IMG/VR virus record: IMGVR_UViG_3300047678_000274
Location: 1,091-65,090 of that record
Origin: a virus
Taxonomy: Duplodnaviria; Caudoviricetes
DNA: 64,000 nucleotides
Strand: one strand, 5' to 3'
Within the stretch, counting starts at the first letter, position 1. Each line of letters begins with the position of its first letter. Both the position numbers and the translations under genes were made by a program. This document shows positions 9,638-18,769 of this stretch, piece by piece. The notes below the pieces were generated by a model that saw only the letters and a list, made by a program, of their open reading frames with translations, had not been told where the DNA came from and searched no databases.

Positions 9638-10721
9638 TCTAACAGATGATGAATTATTAAAACTTGAAGAAAATAATAAGAAAGAAATTTCATCTTTAGA
9701 CAACAAGCAAAAGGCTCTTAAGATTAAACTAAACTCAGCATACGGTGCTATCGGAAATAGGTGGTACCGTTGGTTTGATGTTGATCTTGCAGAAGCGATC
9801 ACGATGTCTGGTCAGTTGTCAATCCGTTGGATTGAAAAGAAACTGAACCAGTACTTGAATAAGGTCATGAGCACAACGAATATTGATTACTGTATTGCTT
9901 CTGACACTGACTCCATTTATCTGACACTTGATGCTCTGGTGGCTCAGGTTATGCCTGATCAGAAAGATGAAGTAAAGATTGTCAAGTTCATTGACCGCGT
10001 CACGAAAGAGAAACTCGAACCATACATTGACAAATGTTATGAAGAGCTTCGCGAGTACATGAACGCGATGGAACAAAAGATGAGAATGAAACGCGAAGCA
10101 ATCGCGAACAAGGCCATCTGGAAAGCCAAGAAAATGTACATCCTCAACGTCTGGGACCTTGAGGGAGTTCTCTATGATAAACCGAAACTGAAGATGATGG
10201 GTATCGAAGCGGTTAAGTCTTCGACACCGTCAGCTTGCCGTTCGAACCTGAAGAAGTCTTTTGAGATCATTATGAATGAAACAGAAGAAGATCTCCATAA
10301 GTTCATTGCGGAGTTCCGTGAAACCTTTAAGACTCTTCCGTTCGATGAGGTAGCTTTCCCTCGTGGTGTGAAGAACATCGAGAAGTGGGAAACGAAGACT
10401 GGCTTTGCTTCAGGTACACCTATCCAGGTTAAAGCCGCTTTGGCTTACAACGCCATTTTGGATAAGAAGAACCTGGCTGGTAAGTATGAGAAGATCACTT
10501 CCGGTTCGAAGATCAAATTCGCCTACATGAAAATGCCAAATCCATTCCAGACAGCAGTGCTAGGTTGTTCCTCGGCCATGCCTCCAGAGTTTGGGCTTGA
10601 GAAGTACATTGATTATGATACGCAGTTCAACAAGAGTTACATTGAACCGCTGAAGAGTGTGATCAGCACGATCGGCTGGAACACCGAGAAAATTGCTACG
10701 TTGGAAGACTTTTTCGCATGA
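9621..10721 (+). CDS. 43: Family B DNA polymerase, C-terminal part (gp43B)
   Basis: Motif B KIKLNSAYGAIG, motif C SDTDSIY, C-terminal clamp-binding tail TLEDFFA; own RBS GGAG. Confidence 0.95.
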   Translation: MQELSNLTDDELLKLEENNKKEISSLDNKQKALKIKLNSAYGAIGNRWYRWFDVDLAEAITMSGQLSIRWIEKKLNQYLNKVMSTTNIDYCIASDTDSIYLTLDALVAQVMPDQKDEVKIVKFIDRVTKEKLEPYIDKCYEELREYMNAMEQKMRMKREAIANKAIWKAKKMYILNVWDLEGVLYDKPKLKMMGIEAVKSSTPSACRSNLKKSFEIIMNETEEDLHKFIAEFRETFKTLPFDEVAFPRGVKNIEKWETKTGFASGTPIQVKAALAYNAILDKKNLAGKYEKITSGSKIKFAYMKMPNPFQTAVLGCSSAMPPEFGLEKYIDYDTQFNKSYIEPLKSVISTIGWNTEKIATLEDFFA

Positions 10722-11038
10722 GGAATAAAAAAATGGCCGGGCCAGAAGATACAATTAAATTCGACACCTCTGAAGACTTCGGTTTCAGTACTATGGAAGT
10801 TTCCGCGATCAGGGCGATTCCAGAAGTAACGGGTGATCTTAAAGACAATATCGGTAAGGCCCTTACCGCCGAGTCTAAGGCGAACGCACGCACTAAAGAT
10901 ATGTTTGATGCAGTCATGCCTCTGCTGAATAATCTCTTAAAGGACGCGGACAAAAACGCTTACATCCATTGGCCGAACCGTGCCGAAAAAATTCAAGCAT
11001 TCAAGCAAAAACTTCTTGAGATTCGCGACAGAGAATGA
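10718..11038 (+). CDS. Hypothetical protein between 43 and uvsX
   Basis: DFGFS..., PLLNNL...YIHWPNR motifs. Confidence 0.7.
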   Translation: MRNKKMAGPEDTIKFDTSEDFGFSTMEVSAIRAIPEVTGDLKDNIGKALTAESKANARTKDMFDAVMPLLNNLLKDADKNAYIHWPNRAEKIQAFKQKLLEIRDRE

Positions 11039-11039
11039 C

Positions 11040-11068
11040 TTGACGTTCCCCGATAATGGGAGTATAGT
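11040..11068 (+). promoter_or_regulatory. Sigma70-like promoter
   Basis: TTGACG-N17-TATAGT. Confidence 0.7.
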
Positions 11069-11098
11069 AATGAACACGATAAATGTGAAAGGTATTAC

Positions 11099-12238
11099 AT
11101 GGGTAGAAAACTAAATACGCAGAAGACAGATTTTCTGCGTGATCTCATCATGGAGTTTCCAGATGAGAATACTTCAGTTGCAGCGGACGGTGTTGCCGCA
11201 GCTGAGTTTAGTGGCTGGGTAGACACGGGCAGCTACGCGCTGAACGCTGTTCTGTCTGGTTCAATGTATGGTGGCATCGCTGATAACAAATCCACCGGGT
11301 TTGCTGGCGAGTCGGCAACCGGAAAGACCTTCTTTGTTCTTGGGGTTGTGAAAGCATTCCAAGACAAGTATGATGATGGTATTGTTATCTATTACGATAC
11401 AGAAGCGGCTGTGACTAAGGCCATGATGGAGTCGCGCGGTATTGATACGAAACGTGTGGTGATCTCTGAACCAGAGACGATCCAGAAGTTCCGTCACCAC
11501 GCTCTTAAAATGCTTGATGCTTACATCAAGACAAAACCAGATAAACGTCCTAAGATGATGTTTGTTCTTGATTCGCTTGGTATGCTTTCTTCTACCAAGG
11601 AAATCGAAGACACCGAAAGGGGTGCTGAGACCAAGGATATGACGAAACCTGGTATCATCAAGGCAGCTTTCCGCGTTCTTACGCTTAAAATGGCACGCGC
11701 CAAGGTTCCGATGCTTGTGACAAACCACGTCTACGCCGCCATCGGGGCTTACGTTCCAACGAACGAGATGTCCGGTGGTTCAGGTTTCAAGTACGCCGCA
11801 TCGACAATTGCAATGCTGTCTAAATCGAAAGACCGCGATGGCAAAGACGTTATTGGTTCGCTCATCCGCGTGCGTATGTATAAGTCTCGTCTCTCTAAAG
11901 AGAATCAGATGGTCACAGTTAAGCTGTCCTACAAGACAGGTCTTGACCGTTACTATGGGTTGCATGAGATGTGTATCGAGGCTGGTATCTGGCAGAAAGC
12001 TGCTAAGGGTGTCAAGATCGGCAACTCCGGTTACTTCGAGAAAGCCATCTATAAGAACCCTGAAAAGTTCTTCACTCCTGAAGTTATGGAACGTCTTGAG
12101 AAGTATGTGAATGCGACATACAGCTACGGTGGTGGTTCAACCGATGAAGAGCTTGACGAAGAAGTCGACGAGGTCTTCGAGGAAGAAGTCAAGGTCAAAG
12201 CCAAGCGCAAAGTTGTCGCAAGAAAGAAAAGATCCTAA
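11099..12238 (+). CDS. uvsX: RecA-like recombinase UvsX
   Basis: DTGSYALN, AGESATGKT, YYDTE, FVLDSLGML, MSGGSG. Confidence 0.95.
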   Translation: MGRKLNTQKTDFLRDLIMEFPDENTSVAADGVAAAEFSGWVDTGSYALNAVLSGSMYGGIADNKSTGFAGESATGKTFFVLGVVKAFQDKYDDGIVIYYDTEAAVTKAMMESRGIDTKRVVISEPETIQKFRHHALKMLDAYIKTKPDKRPKMMFVLDSLGMLSSTKEIEDTERGAETKDMTKPGIIKAAFRVLTLKMARAKVPMLVTNHVYAAIGAYVPTNEMSGGSGFKYAASTIAMLSKSKDRDGKDVIGSLIRVRMYKSRLSKENQMVTVKLSYKTGLDRYYGLHEMCIEAGIWQKAAKGVKIGNSGYFEKAIYKNPEKFFTPEVMERLEKYVNATYSYGGGSTDEELDEEVDEVFEEEVKVKAKRKVVARKKRS

Positions 12239-12883
12239 ATGAGACTCGAAAACGTCATCTTCTCAAATCTATTGTTCAACGAAGATTATGCCCGCAAGGT
12301 CATACCCTTCTTAAAGGGAGAATACTTCTCAGACAAGACTGACCAGATCGTTTTCGAGCTCATCGATCAACACGTCCATCGTTACAAGGGCTTTCCATCG
12401 CCGGAGGCTCTTGTAATCGATCTACTGAATAGGTCTGATCTTAACGAGAACCAGTTCACCGAGGCAAAGGAAGCCATCGGTGAGATCAAGAAAGACGACA
12501 TTGAGGGGTACGATGAGACCTGGCTTCTCGATAAGACAGAGGAATTCGTCAAGGACAAGGCGCTGTATAATGCGCTGATGCAAGCTATTCAAATTGTTGA
12601 TGGGGACAAGACAGGTGAACGACTTTCCGCTGGATCAATCCCCCAGCTACTGTCTGATGCTCTGGGTGTCAGTTTTGATACCAACATCGGGCACGATTAT
12701 CTCGTGGATGCAGAAGAACGTTTTGACTTCTTTAGTCGCAAGGAACACAAGATCCCATTCGATCTTGAGTACTTCAACAAGATCACCAAAGGTGGGGTTT
12801 CTAAGAAGACCCTGAATATCGCGCTCGCTGGTTGTGTTCATCCGGACACAGAAGTAAAAATTAGATATTGGAAGAAAGAGTAA
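12239..12883 (+). CDS. 41: Replicative helicase gp41, N-terminal part plus 16-aa split-intein IntN
   Basis: gp41 N-domain to TLNIALAG, then CVHPDTEVKIRYWKKE* (12833-12883). Confidence 0.92.
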   Translation: MRLENVIFSNLLFNEDYARKVIPFLKGEYFSDKTDQIVFELIDQHVHRYKGFPSPEALVIDLLNRSDLNENQFTEAKEAIGEIKKDDIEGYDETWLLDKTEEFVKDKALYNALMQAIQIVDGDKTGERLSAGSIPQLLSDALGVSFDTNIGHDYLVDAEERFDFFSRKEHKIPFDLEYFNKITKGGVSKKTLNIALAGCVHPDTEVKIRYWKKE

Positions 12884-13180
12884 ATCCTTTTTTATACCCA
12901 CTTTTTAAATATTCTTCTATATTTTCTGGTTTAACTCTTGTTCTAGTTGTTCCGTTTGTCATACAGATCATACCCTTTATTGCCTTTCCACCAAGCGAGG
13001 CATGATGTTTCCAGTTATCAGGATTATGAATACCAGATTTTCTCTTCATTTGTGTCGCTGATCCCTTTTTACCGCCGAGTGACGCTATTTTTGATCTGAC
13101 AATAGGATCAAATGTTCCTACTTTATTTTTTCTTTGTACATTAAAGCTTCGACTCCTCTTCCAGCTAGGATTATTTATCT
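12861..13180 (-). pseudogene. Decayed endonuclease gene between the split-intein halves
   Basis: AT-rich; repeated ASLGGK motifs and a TNG..RVKPENIEEYLKSGYKKG tail; catalytic domain missing. Confidence 0.6.
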
Positions 13181-13181
13181 A

Positions 13182-14387
13182 ATGATTACCAAAAAAACAA
13201 AAATTTCTGAAATAAAAAAACTTCTAGACGACGGATATGTTGTTGAAATTGACTCCCCTGATGGTTGGGTTGGTGTTAATTATTATGTAGATAAAGGCGA
13301 TTGGGAAGAATATCTGTTAGAATTAGATGATGGTAAAACTGTTTCTGTTAACAAAAACCATCTTTTTGAGACAAGGACAGGTTGGAAATTCGCTAAAGAG
13401 CTTATTGGAAACCCAAAGGAAATTTTAACAGACAACGGGTACGTTATTGGATTGGTAAGAAAAACAGAAAAAAAGATTCCAATCGTAGACATCAATGTGA
13501 ATCATGTTAATCATAGATATTATGCTAATGGAATTTCTTCTCACAACACAGGAGTTGGTAAATCTCTATTCATGTGTCATTGTGCCGCTCACAACATTAT
13601 GAGTGGTCTTAATGTCCTGTATATTACACTAGAGATGGCGGAAGAGCGTATTTCTGAGCGTATTGACGCGAACCTCCTCGATATTAAGCTGGATGATCTT
13701 GTCCAGATGCCGAAAGAGTCGTTCCTCAAGAAGATCAACCGTCTCCGCAAAAAGACCGACGGGAAATTGATCGTCAAAGAATATCCAACAGCCTGTGCCG
13801 GTTCAGCCAACTTCCGCCACTTGCTTAACGAATTGGCTCTGAAGAAAAAGTTCAGGCCAGATATCATCTACATTGATTACCTGAACATCTGCGCAAGCTC
13901 GCGCATTAAAGCAAGCGCAAATGCCAATTCTTATACATATATCAAGGCGATTGCTGAAGAGCTTCGTGGCCTGGCAATTGAGTTCAACGTTCCAATTTTC
14001 TCTGCTACTCAGACCACACGTGGTGGTTATGATAACAGTGATCTAAGCCTGACTGATACTTCTGAATCATTCGGTCTGCCAGCAACAGCAGACTTCATGT
14101 TTGGTCTTGTTACCAACGAAAACCTTGAAAAACTAAACCAGATCCTCGTGATCCAGTTGAAGAACCGTTATGGTGACCTCAACTACTTCAAGAAATTCGT
14201 GATCGGTGTAGACCGGTCAAAGATGAAATTGTATGACACAGAACAATCAGCCCAGGAAGGACTCACCGATGCAGGCGTAAAACGAGATGAAGAAGACGAC
14301 ACCCCTACGTTTGACCAAACAGATGCAGGTCACCGTATGAATGACGATCCCGATTACCGCAAAGCAAAGATGAAGGCCCTGATATGA
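13182..14387 (+). CDS. 41: Split-intein IntC (122 aa) plus helicase gp41 C-terminal part
   Basis: NKNHLF (block B), VDINV..YYANGISSHN then TGVGKS; ITLEMAEE, IDYLNI, SESFGLPATAD, KNRYG. Confidence 0.93.
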   Translation: MITKKTKISEIKKLLDDGYVVEIDSPDGWVGVNYYVDKGDWEEYLLELDDGKTVSVNKNHLFETRTGWKFAKELIGNPKEILTDNGYVIGLVRKTEKKIPIVDINVNHVNHRYYANGISSHNTGVGKSLFMCHCAAHNIMSGLNVLYITLEMAEERISERIDANLLDIKLDDLVQMPKESFLKKINRLRKKTDGKLIVKEYPTACAGSANFRHLLNELALKKKFRPDIIYIDYLNICASSRIKASANANSYTYIKAIAEELRGLAIEFNVPIFSATQTTRGGYDNSDLSLTDTSESFGLPATADFMFGLVTNENLEKLNQILVIQLKNRYGDLNYFKKFVIGVDRSKMKLYDTEQSAQEGLTDAGVKRDEEDDTPTFDQTDAGHRMNDDPDYRKAKMKALI

Positions 14388-14545
14388 AAAAGCTTCTGGA
14401 CGTAGTTAAAGAGAAAACTGGCGCTGGCAAAGTCAAACCTGAGCTCAAAGGCTTCGGAAAAAGCGAAACTCCTCAGTTCGTGTTAAAAACATTTAATGAA
14501 ATTATGGCCAATAGGCGTCGCCTCAGGCGTGTCAAGGATGTATAA
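14384..14545 (+). CDS. Small basic hypothetical protein
   Basis: 53-aa ORF, ATGA overlap with gene 41. Confidence 0.45.
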   Translation: MKKLLDVVKEKTGAGKVKPELKGFGKSETPQFVLKTFNEIMANRRRLRRVKDV

Positions 14546-14552
14546 ATAACTA

Positions 14553-14734
14553 CTCTGGTGGAATGTGGTGATGGTCTATCGATTCGCTCTAGACTCTCAG
14601 CGGCAAGCGTTCTCTCTGATCACAGAGGACGACGGAATAGACGAGGTAGCCGATTAGTCGGTAAGTGGGGTTCTTCTCGTTACACGTACCACCAAAGCAA
14701 GATGGGGGCGGCTCGAAAGGGTCGCCCCTTTTTT
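14553..14734 (+). ncRNA. Candidate late-expressed structured ncRNA
   Basis: TATAAATA at 14541; long closing stem TGGTGGAATGTGGTGATGG/TCGTTACACGTACCACCA; internal hairpins; ends in terminator. Confidence 0.6.
14705..14734 (+). terminator. Intrinsic terminator
   Basis: GGGGCGGCTC-gaaa-GGGTCGCCCC-TTTTTT. Confidence 0.85.
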
Positions 14735-14865
14735 ATCGTTTACGATAAAAATCATCCCGATCGGGAATATTTGGTCCTGGAATTATCGTAAACGATAAAA
14801 TATTCCCGATCGGGAAGTTTAGCCCCTGCAGCGGCTAGATCGGTTTTAACCCCTGTGGCGGCTAA
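14732..14865. repeat. Tandem palindrome cluster
   Basis: Two units of TTATCGTWWACGATAA plus TCCCGATCGGGA, then two CCCCTGYRGCGGCTA direct repeats. Confidence 0.75.
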
Positions 14866-14873
14866 AAAAGTGC

Positions 14874-14902
14874 TTGACTTTCCTGTGTAATGAGAGTATA
14901 CT
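14874..14902 (+). promoter_or_regulatory. Sigma70-like promoter
   Basis: TTGACT-N17-TATACT. Confidence 0.8.
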
Positions 14903-15107
14903 GGTTGTTACGGTTAATATCTTAGGATTGATATAATGCTTACTGTTCAATATCAAGATAAAGTGTTAAAGGGGGGACATTATTGGTATGATTGTATGAT
15001 AAAATAATTCGTCAAAGAGACAAAGTCTTTGACTACGAATACAAATAATGGTTACGTGATGTAACTCAGTTTGTCGATATCATTGAAATCTCAAAGAAAG
15101 AACGATA

Positions 15108-15293
15108 ATGAAACCGTATATGAAACTAAGACTTCAGACTGAGGATCCTCTGGATGGTAAGTGTCCACCCAATCACCGTTCTCAAAAGAAAGGTTTTCGT
15201 CAAGCTGTTAAGAAAGTAATCAAACAGTTGATAGATCCAAACAACCCCGATAATCCTCCACATTCTGGAAGACAGAAAACAAGATTAGGATAG
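15108..15293 (+). CDS. Small hypothetical protein
   Basis: 61-aa ORF directly before the phosphoesterase. Confidence 0.45.
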   Translation: MKPYMKLRLQTEDPLDGKCPPNHRSQKKGFRQAVKKVIKQLIDPNNPDNPPHSGRQKTRLG

Positions 15294-15296
15294 ATC

Positions 15297-16115
15297 ATGC
15301 GTATCGCTTACATGTCAGATCTCCATCTGGAATTTGGCAACCCCATTCTCCCGATGAACAAGAATAACGCTGATGTTCTCATTCTGGCTGGTGACATCTT
15401 TCTCGCAAGGGATTTTATTGATCAGAATCCTAAGCGTCGGAAACTGTATACTAAGTTTCTAACGCACATCGCGGCAGAGTTTCCGATTGTAATCATCATC
15501 GCCGGCAACCACGAGCTTTATCGTTGGCGCAAAGAAGAGTTTGATCTGCACGGTTCATACTTGGAAATCCTACGGAGGGAAACTGCAAAATACAGCAACA
15601 TTCGTTTCCTTGAGAAGGAATACCTTGACATCGGAGATGTGAGATTTATCGGAGCCACATTGTGGACAGACTTCGGTAACGCGAATCCTCTGATCATGGA
15701 ACAAGCTCGCCTAGGAATAAATGATTACCGTACATCATTCTACACTCCGAATGATACATTACTTTGGCATCGTGAGAGTATGGACTTCATTCGCAAGTCT
15801 GTAAGCTCACATAAGAAAGTAGTGATGATCTCGCATATGGCTCCGAGTTTTATGTCTGTTCATCCAATGTATACTGGGCAAGTTATGAACTCAGCATTCG
15901 CTACAGAACTCTTTGAGTTTATTAGCGACCATCCGCAGATCGTTGTCTGGTTCCATGGACACATGCACCACACTATCGATTACACAATTGGGAACACAAG
16001 GGTTTTAACAAATCCATACGGTTACCATCATCATGAAGAGAACAAGAGATTCGATAAGAATATCTTTGTTGATTTTGAAGGAGACTTAGGTGTCAAGGAA
16101 GTCAGTGAGCATTGA
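15297..16115 (+). CDS. Calcineurin-like metallophosphoesterase
   Basis: SDLHLE, LAGDI, AGNHE, SHMAP, HGHMH motifs. Confidence 0.9.
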   Translation: MRIAYMSDLHLEFGNPILPMNKNNADVLILAGDIFLARDFIDQNPKRRKLYTKFLTHIAAEFPIVIIIAGNHELYRWRKEEFDLHGSYLEILRRETAKYSNIRFLEKEYLDIGDVRFIGATLWTDFGNANPLIMEQARLGINDYRTSFYTPNDTLLWHRESMDFIRKSVSSHKKVVMISHMAPSFMSVHPMYTGQVMNSAFATELFEFISDHPQIVVWFHGHMHHTIDYTIGNTRVLTNPYGYHHHEENKRFDKNIFVDFEGDLGVKEVSEH

Positions 16116-16164
16116 GATTGATATTGATGAGCATCAAGCACATCTGATATTGTTTAATGAACTA

Positions 16165-16480
16165 CTACACGAACGCTCTTTGCTTAAAAAGCCAACCTAT
16201 CGTGTTAATAATAAAGAAGAGTATCTTGCCGCCATTGAAGTTGAGTAGAATACCTGTGTTTGTATCCTTTCGACCATACCATCTTATCATTTTACGTTCT
16301 AGAGCAAAGGCTCCAAATTCAGTTAAATTACATTCAAGAAAAACAATCTTAGATTCATCATTTTGGTCTTTTTATTGATCGTTGACGTTCATATGCTCTG
16401 CGTCTTTTACCTTTACCAATGTAATAGGGTGTCCCATCTGATTTCCTCAGATAAGCATAGACGTAATAAATATTGTTCAT
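16165..16480 (-). pseudogene. Frameshifted GIY-YIG endonuclease (copy 1 of leader family)
   Basis: [24 protein letters not shown]...* then shifted [21 protein letters not shown]. Confidence 0.8.
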
Positions 16481-16545
16481 GCTGGCCTCCTGTAAGGTTA
16501 GAACCGGTGGGATTGGCGTCCGCGACCGGCCTTTTTGTATTTACC
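16481..16545 (-). promoter_or_regulatory. Conserved HEG leader: TAAATA, bulged hairpin, RBS (copy 1)
   Basis: TAAATA..CCGGT-CGCGGA-CGCCAA-TCCC-ACCGG..TAACCTTACAGGAGGCCAGC-ATG; related to copies at 58045 and 62521. Confidence 0.75.
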
Positions 16546-16638
16546 CAGCCCGTTTATTAAATATGATTAATAATCAACAAACCCCTTCATCGGAATGGTT
16601 TATTAAAAACATTTAATGAAAAAACGACTTTACGACCG

Positions 16639-16666
16639 TTGACAACTGCCGCAGTTCAGGTATACT
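16639..16666 (+). promoter_or_regulatory. Early promoter A
   Basis: TTGACA-N16-TATACT with AT-rich upstream region; shares CAGTTCAGGTATACT with promoter B. Confidence 0.85.
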
Positions 16667-16675
16667 GATTGAACT

Positions 16676-16793
16676 AAGGGAAAAGGGCGCAGCGAACTCA
16701 AGACGCCACCGGAATGGACTTAAATTCCGGGACTACTTTACCCGCCATTGTTTGACATTGCAAGATATTGACGGTCTACCGTTTAGGTATACC
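16676..16793 (+). ncRNA. Structured leader RNA plus boxA-like motif, copy A
   Basis: Three-stem junction, then TGTTTGACATTGCAAGA and a hairpin; covaries with copy B. Confidence 0.65.
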
Positions 16794-16936
16794 TTGGAGC
16801 GCTCTGGGATTTAAGCCCAAGCTGCCAGTGATAAATGTTACCTTTGTGCGGTAACGCTCCAGAATACGACTTGCTCATTTTAGAGCGTTCCTATCTGGGA
16901 ACGTTCCAATGTGAGCAAGGTGAAATGGAGAATACT

Positions 16937-17233
16937 ATGACAGCTATCTTACCAACCGGTCAATACATCAATCCTCAGAAGCCTGAGGACGCGATGTTCT
17001 TTGACCCAGGTCAAGTCGCCTACATTCTTCAAGACGGAAAGAAATTTCGCGTCTGGACATCGTACGGCGACCTTGGTGAAGGATGGAATATCGGAACCTT
17101 CCACGACGGTTACCATGATAAATCCAGGGTTTACCTTGGTTCCTTCAGGGTGATCGGCAAGGCGGTGTTCGCGACCGGCGAGAAAACTGGTACGATCCCC
17201 AATCGAAAACTGCCCCACGGCGTTTTCAAATAG
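16937..17233 (+). CDS. Early hypothetical protein
   Basis: RBS TGGAGA, ATG 16937. Confidence 0.7.
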   Translation: MTAILPTGQYINPQKPEDAMFFDPGQVAYILQDGKKFRVWTSYGDLGEGWNIGTFHDGYHDKSRVYLGSFRVIGKAVFATGEKTGTIPNRKLPHGVFK

Positions 17234-17296
17234 ACTGCAAACCCCAGGCTCTTCGGAGCGCTGGGGTTTCAGCAGTGCAAGAATGGAGAAAATTGC

Positions 17297-17689
17297 ATGT
17301 TTAACGTTTCTGGCATGACCCTCGTTGGCCTCCTTGACGAAGTTAGCGACGCGGTCGAGAAAATCCTCACTGAGGACATGACTCACCTGACAGACGTTTG
17401 TCCGCTCGGACTAGATAACCGCTGCAACTACAGCGGCATCTGGATCAACGGCGACTACATCGTGGTTAAGAAAAGCGAAAAACGCGTGATGGAATATTAC
17501 GGCGGCTTCGAATATGTCGACCGTGACTACGTCACCGAAATCGGCGACTATGTGATTTACTCGCGCGAAGATGGTCGGGTCGATGACCACATCTTCCGCT
17601 GGGAGATAATGGACCTCTCTGAAGAGGAGAGGGATGCGAAGCTTGAGGCTCGTCAAGAGCGAGAAGATCGCGAACGCCAATATCGCTAA
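17297..17689 (+). CDS. Early hypothetical protein
   Basis: RBS TGGAGA; YYGGFEYVD motif. Confidence 0.75.
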   Translation: MFNVSGMTLVGLLDEVSDAVEKILTEDMTHLTDVCPLGLDNRCNYSGIWINGDYIVVKKSEKRVMEYYGGFEYVDRDYVTEIGDYVIYSREDGRVDDHIFRWEIMDLSEEERDAKLEARQEREDRERQYR

Positions 17690-17745
17690 CGGCACTGAAC
17701 CCAGCAACAAAGGTTGCTGGGTTTCAGCGTATGAGGAGACCAATA

Positions 17746-17994
17746 ATGATTATCGAAAAGAAACAAATTCAGGAAATGCCGTGCGATGATACGGGTCGTG
17801 TTTTCTGTTGTGAAGCCTCTGAGATTGGCCTGCCACCCGGCAGCTGGCCCGCTCGCCTGCGCGTTGACCAAGACGTCGGCAACGGTCGCGACCTCATTTG
17901 CTATGGTTGGGCAACGGATGAAACTATGTTTTATGTCCAGCCTAACCAACCGGGTGAAGTCGACGGTATCGAACTTCACATCCTCAACGACTAG
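17746..17994 (+). CDS. Early hypothetical protein
   Basis: RBS GAGGAG; EASEIGLPPGSWP. Confidence 0.75.
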   Translation: MIIEKKQIQEMPCDDTGRVFCCEASEIGLPPGSWPARLRVDQDVGNGRDLICYGWATDETMFYVQPNQPGEVDGIELHILND

Positions 17995-18005
17995 GAGAAC
18001 CAAAC

Positions 18006-18275
18006 ATGCTTATCACTCGTAAATCTATGCTCAGCGGTATTGAGCGGGCGCGCGACATTCCTGCAACCCAGGAAATGTTCGACCGCTATGCGGCTGGTGA
18101 ACTACTTCAAACCGCTTTCCTCAGCCTCAGCGCTGGCCAGCGCGAGTTCATCAAAACCGGCATTACCGATGAGGATTGGGAAGGGCTCTTTGAAGAAGGC
18201 GAAGAGCTCAAGGACGAACTGGACGACAGCGACCGCCAAACTGAGCATGAGCTCTACGAAAAAGGTTGGCGCTAA
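18006..18275 (+). CDS. Early hypothetical protein
   Basis: RBS AGGAG; LLQTAF..LSAGQREFIKTGIT..DW; tail shared with 21140-21679. Confidence 0.75.
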   Translation: MLITRKSMLSGIERARDIPATQEMFDRYAAGELLQTAFLSLSAGQREFIKTGITDEDWEGLFEEGEELKDELDDSDRQTEHELYEKGWR

Positions 18276-18329
18276 CTCCTTACCCCGCTACGTCGTAGCG
18301 GGGTCAAGGCGTATGTAAGGAGAACTAAA

Positions 18330-18542
18330 ATGGATTATGTGGTTGACAACGGAGGCGAACGCGCCATCCCCTGGGAATACAAACAGGAGGAAACGCTTCG
18401 TCCTAATCCCTGCGATACCTGCAAGTTTGCGGCTCGCTGTGAGGCTAACGGAACGGACTGCTTCGCTTTCCGCCGTTGGACGCATGACGGTAACTACAAC
18501 GATCGCCAGATCGACCGACTCACGCGTCCCTTTGAAGTCTAG
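18330..18542 (+). CDS. Early Cys-rich small protein
   Basis: RBS AAGGAG; PCDTC...C...C. Confidence 0.7.
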   Translation: MDYVVDNGGERAIPWEYKQEETLRPNPCDTCKFAARCEANGTDCFAFRRWTHDGNYNDRQIDRLTRPFEV

Positions 18543-18550
18543 GAGGCTTC

Positions 18551-18769
18551 ATGGAACTCTCTGAAAAACTTGATATTAAAGACCTTGCCCACGAGATGAC
18601 TATGTGGCGCAAGGACCCAGGTCAGCTGCGCTTCGGCCAGCGGATCTGGAACCTCTATGGAAAGCCGGGTCATTCGTGGCCAGAGCTTTTCTATGAGAAA
18701 AACGAAATGGAGGCATACAGCCTCCTGCTGGCCGCGCTGTACGTCAGGCGCGACTTAGCTAGAGCCTAA
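18551..18769 (+). CDS. Early hypothetical protein
   Basis: RBS AGGAGG; LRFGQ...PELFYE. Confidence 0.7.
   Translation: MELSEKLDIKDLAHEMTMWRKDPGQLRFGQRIWNLYGKPGHSWPELFYEKNEMEAYSLLLAALYVRRDLARA

Noticed and set aside
16481-16545. HEG leader as a known self-cleaving ribozyme (hammerhead, twister, HDV-like)
   Set aside because: I could not place the catalytic cores or required pseudoknots in all three copies.
16555-16620. CtrA boxes upstream of early promoter A
   Set aside because: The TTAA pairs are spaced by 6 nt, not the TTAA-N7-TTAA consensus.
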